Assembly: GCA_963827235.1 (NCBI GenBank)
Contig: CAWHAE010000020.1
Span: forward strand, 212,464-276,463
Direction of reading: 5' to 3'
DNA from: an uncultured bacterium
Lineage (GTDB): Bacteria > Chloroflexota > UBA5177 > JANWHV01
DNA: 64,000 nucleotides
This document shows, in pieces, positions 60,532 to 64,000 of the stretch. Both the position numbers and the translations under genes were made by a program. Position 1 is the first letter of the stretch, and the number at the start of each line of letters is the position of its first letter. Below the pieces are notes generated by a model. The model saw only the letters and a program-made list of their open reading frames with translations. It was not told the DNA's origin and did no database searches.

Positions 60532-60727
60532 ACGACAAGTGTATGTGCTTTGACACCAGATGTCGAGACGTCATTTCGGCCGGTGCAAGAGCACACGGAT
60601 CCACTTCCATCTCAGGCCGCCGGCTTCGGCGGCGGTCGCGCGCCGCTATCCGTTTGGGTCGGGTGCCGCCTCGGTGGTGTTCCCTTTGTGATTTCCATCC
60701 GTACCCGGGTGACGTACAATGAGCGCC

Positions 60728-61963
60728 ATGTTGAGAGAAACGGAGCTTCGCCCGATCGCGCCCGAGGAATACGCTGAATTCGCTCGGCGGCGTGATGCCG
60801 CGTTTGGCTATATTCCCACGGCAGAGTTCATTGCTCGCGAGCTGCGGTGCTTCGAGGTCGACCGCAGCCTGGCCGTGTTCGAGGAGGGCGAGATGGTGGG
60901 CACCGCGGCGGCGCTATCGACCGAGCTCACGCTGCCCGGGCTGGCAACGCTGCCCGTCGCCGGCGTCGTGAACGTCTCGGTCGCGCCTTCGCATCGGCGC
61001 CGAGGCTTCTTGCGCGGCATGATGGCCCGTCAGCTCGACGATATCGCCGGCCGGGGCGAGGCGCTGGCCGTCCTGCACGCCTCGGAGAGCGCGATTTACG
61101 GCCGGTTTGGCTACGGCATGGCAACCGACAACGTGTCGTACCTGATCCGCACGTCACACGCCCGCTTCGCGCGACCGGTCGACTATCGCGGCACCGTGCG
61201 CATCGTGGACCTCGAGAGCGCCCGCGTCATGCTACCTGCCGTTCTGGATGCGGCGCGCCGCCGGCAGCCCGGCGCCATACGTCAGCCGGATGGCTGGTGG
61301 GAAGACTGGTTCAGCCGGCCCGAATCGGAACGCACCGGTGAGGACTCGACGTTCGTCGCCGTGGCGCGCGATGAAGTGGGTGAGCCCGCGGCCTACGCCG
61401 TCTATGGATTCAAACACGACTGGCCGGGGCACGTCGCCGACAACACCGTCGAGGCGCGGCGGCTGATCGCCATCGACGACCACGCGCGCGCGGCACTCTG
61501 GCAGTTTCTCCTCAATCTCGACCTGGCGGGTGCAATGCGGATAGCCGACGCGCCGCTCGACGAGCCCATACGCTGGTGGCTGGCCGATCCGCGACGGCTC
61601 GGCATTGAGAGCCGCTCGGACGGCCTCTGGGTACGCGTGATCGACGCCTGCGCGGCACTCGGCTCGCGCACCTACGCCGTGCCTGGCAAACTGGTATTGG
61701 AAGTACGCGATTCCTTCCGCCCGCAAAGCGGAGGGCGGTTCCTCCTGGAGGGTTCGCCGGATGGCGCGATCTGCACGAGGACGAGCCGGATGCCGGATCT
61801 GGTCATGGAGGCAGGCGATCTCGGATCGATCTTGCTGGGCGGCCATCAGCCCAGCTTGCTGGCCAGGGCTGGGCGGATATGCGAGCAGTCTCACGGCGCG
61901 CTTCAGCGCGCCAATGCCATGTTCGTGTCCGACCGGCTTCCCTGGTGTCCCATCATGTTCTAG
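60728..61963 (+). CDS. Eis-like GNAT acetyltransferase (with SCP2-like C-terminal domain)
   Basis: V.PSHRRRG, LHASESAIYGRFGYG, DGLWVRVID and LGSILLGG motifs. Confidence 0.92.
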   Translation: MLRETELRPIAPEEYAEFARRRDAAFGYIPTAEFIARELRCFEVDRSLAVFEEGEMVGTAAALSTELTLPGLATLPVAGVVNVSVAPSHRRRGFLRGMMARQLDDIAGRGEALAVLHASESAIYGRFGYGMATDNVSYLIRTSHARFARPVDYRGTVRIVDLESARVMLPAVLDAARRRQPGAIRQPDGWWEDWFSRPESERTGEDSTFVAVARDEVGEPAAYAVYGFKHDWPGHVADNTVEARRLIAIDDHARAALWQFLLNLDLAGAMRIADAPLDEPIRWWLADPRRLGIESRSDGLWVRVIDACAALGSRTYAVPGKLVLEVRDSFRPQSGGRFLLEGSPDGAICTRTSRMPDLVMEAGDLGSILLGGHQPSLLARAGRICEQSHGALQRANAMFVSDRLPWCPIMF

Positions 61964-61976
61964 GAAGGCAATGCCC

Positions 61977-62663
61977 ATGCCCGAGCCAACGCGAGAGGCC
62001 GGCCCAACCACGGCGATGCGCCTCGACGCCTACGTAGAAACACTCTACGCCGAAGAGGACGATGCGCTCGACGCAGTACTGGCGTCCGCGCGAGCGGAGC
62101 AGTTACCTACCATCCACGTGCGGCCGTCCGTGGGAAAGCTGTTGTTCATGCTTGTCCGCATCTCGGGCGCCGCGCGCGTGCTGGAGATCGGTACCCTGGC
62201 CGGCTATAGCGCCGTGTGGCTGGGCCGCGCACTGCCGGCGCATGGGCGGCTCCTCACGCTGGAGGTATCGAAGCGCCATGCCTCGATCGCGCGCCGGGCA
62301 ATCGAGGGTGCAGGCCTGGCCGAGCGCGTCGAGGTGCTGGAAGGGCCGGCGCTCGAGACGCTCGCGAACCTGCATGCCGGCCAGCCTTTCGACATGGTGT
62401 TTATCGACGCCGACAAGAAGAGCTACCCGGCCTACCTCGATCACGCGCTCCGTCTCACTCGGCCGGGCGGGCTTATCATCGCCGACAACGTACTGCGCGG
62501 CGGGGCCGTGCTGGCACCGGCCGAGCCCGGCAGCGATATTGGCGCCGTACAACAGTACAACGACCGCGTGGCGAAAGATCCCCGCCTCGAGGCGATCATA
62601 CTCGTCACGCGCAGTGGGTCGTTCGATCTGGACGGCCTCTCGGTTGCCCGCGTGCGCGACTGA
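61977..62663 (+). CDS. Class I SAM-dependent O-methyltransferase (Methyltransf_3)
   Basis: LEIGTLAGYS, FDMVFIDADK and IIADNV motifs. Confidence 0.93.
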   Translation: MPEPTREAGPTTAMRLDAYVETLYAEEDDALDAVLASARAEQLPTIHVRPSVGKLLFMLVRISGAARVLEIGTLAGYSAVWLGRALPAHGRLLTLEVSKRHASIARRAIEGAGLAERVEVLEGPALETLANLHAGQPFDMVFIDADKKSYPAYLDHALRLTRPGGLIIADNVLRGGAVLAPAEPGSDIGAVQQYNDRVAKDPRLEAIILVTRSGSFDLDGLSVARVRD

Positions 62664-62691
62664 GCGGCGCCGGCCACGGGGGCAGCGTGGG

Positions 62692-63821
62692 TCAGGAATC
62701 TTCTTGCGGCAGCCTGTCGCGGTGCAGGCGCGTCTTCAGGGCGTGTCGCTCCAGGGCAAGCTCCACCAGCCCATTCACCAGCTCCGTGTAGGGCACCCCC
62801 GAGGCCTGCCAGAGCAGTGGGTACATGCTCGTGGGCGCGAAGCCGGGAATGGTGTTGATCTCGCTGAGCCATATCTCCGTTTCATCGGGCGAGACCAGGA
62901 AGTCTACACGCGCCATGCCGGCCGCATCTATGGCGGTGAACGCCTGCAGCGCGATCGACTGCAGAACGCCGCGCGTTTCCGGCCTCACGTCGGCCGGAAC
63001 CTGCAAGCGCGCCGCACCCTCCGCGTACTTGGTGTGATAGTCTTAGAACTCGCCTGCCACGACGATCGCTCCCGGTACCGAGGCCGACGGCTCCTCATTG
63101 CCGAGCACGCCGCACTCCATTTCCCGATAGCCGGGTACGCCCTTCTCCACCAGCACCTTGAGATCGTATGCGAAGGCCCGATCCAGAGCGGGACCCAGGT
63201 CGGCGACCCTGTCGCACCGGCTGACGCCGACGCTCGAGCCGAGTTCGCCGGTTTCACGAAGCATGGGAATCCCGGCCTCGCGGAAAGCCCCTGAAGCGCG
63301 CCCTCCCGGTCCGCGGCCCACCCGTTTTCGGCGCACCACCGAGTGTTGCAGCACTGGCAGGCCGGCCGGCAGAAAAGGCTCTTCATCAGCGCCTTGTCCA
63401 TGCCCACGGCCGACGCCGCCACGCCGGCGCCCACGTATGGAACGTCGAGCAGCTCCAGCAGACCCTGAACCGTACCGTCCTCGCCGAACGGACCGTGCAG
63501 AAGCGGAAACACGACGTCGACAGCCCACCCCATCGACGGATCCGGCACCAGGGCGCCGGTTCGACCGCTCCCCGCGTTGGGCAGCAGTATGTCTGTTCGG
63601 TCGACCACGCCGTCGGATTCGTGGCTGGCGAGCAGAGCCGGCGAGACAGCCACCGGCAGCCAGCGTCCATCCTGTCCGATCGCCATCGGCACTACCTCGA
63701 AGCGCGACGGGTCGAGCGCTCGATAGACCGATCGCGCCGAAGCCACGGAAACGTCGTGTTCGGGTGAGCGCCCGCCCAGCAACAGGGCAAGCCGGATGCG
63801 ACCTGCGCCGCCGGCGCTCAC
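62692..63821 (-). CDS. ddl: D-alanine--D-alanine ligase, with frameshifts and one in-frame TAA (likely errors)
   Basis: [41 protein letters not shown] and EINTIPGF motifs. Confidence 0.9.
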
Positions 63822-63964
63822 ACGCCGGCCCCGGCGATACTTCGCTCACCCGCGCGAACACAGACTGCGCGGCCCGCTTCACGTCCGTTGGTGCGGTAAG
63901 CCGCAGTGCTCTCGGCCGGCGCGCCTGCGCCCGGCCGGGACGTACGTCCATCCGTCATTGCGTT

Positions 63965-64000
63965 AGCAAGACCAACCGAACGAAGGCATACATAACATAA
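63965..64000 (-). other. Probable Oxford Nanopore adapter remnant
   Basis: Reverse complement TTATGTTATGTATGCCTTCGTTCGGTTGGTCTTGCT resembles the ONT adapter (...TACTTCGTTCAGTTACGTATTGCT); abrupt AT shift at the sequence end. Confidence 0.65.

Noticed and set aside
63043-63045. In-frame TAA in ddl as stop-codon recoding
   Set aside because: It is a single case in an error-rich terminal region, and TAA ends other genes normally.

Overview
A high-GC chromosomal segment, most likely from a Chloroflexota bacterium (the 16S rRNA has the phylum-typical short 1123-1147 helix). It is mostly housekeeping genes: gyrB, plsX, a cysteine desulfurase, rnz, dinB, an ECF transporter, one rRNA operon (16S-tRNA-Ile-23S-5S), moaB/mog, murJ, valS, rnj, purA, clpS, ddl and tRNA-Phe/Gly, plus signalling genes. 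I saw no CRISPR array, transposase, integrase or prophage. Four genes (GT-C, Ser/Thr kinase, rnj, ddl) are frameshifted and the window ends in a Nanopore-adapter-like string, so most of these breaks are probably consensus errors. The most interesting signals are: (1) a promoter-driven, highly structured RNA of about 300-390 nt at 27038-27427, whose short motifs resemble actinobacterial Ms1/MTS2823 RNA-polymerase-binding RNA as I recall it; (2) a ~130 nt C-rich, anti-Shine-Dalgarno small RNA at 46579-46706 behind three 11-bp-phased TTAAC repeats; (3) next to it, a stand-alone protein with two phage/plasmid Rep-like winged helices and a C-terminal DnaA domain-I-like region; (4) an ECF module whose likely S component is DUF2232-like. 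All family calls come from motif recognition by eye, not from database searches.
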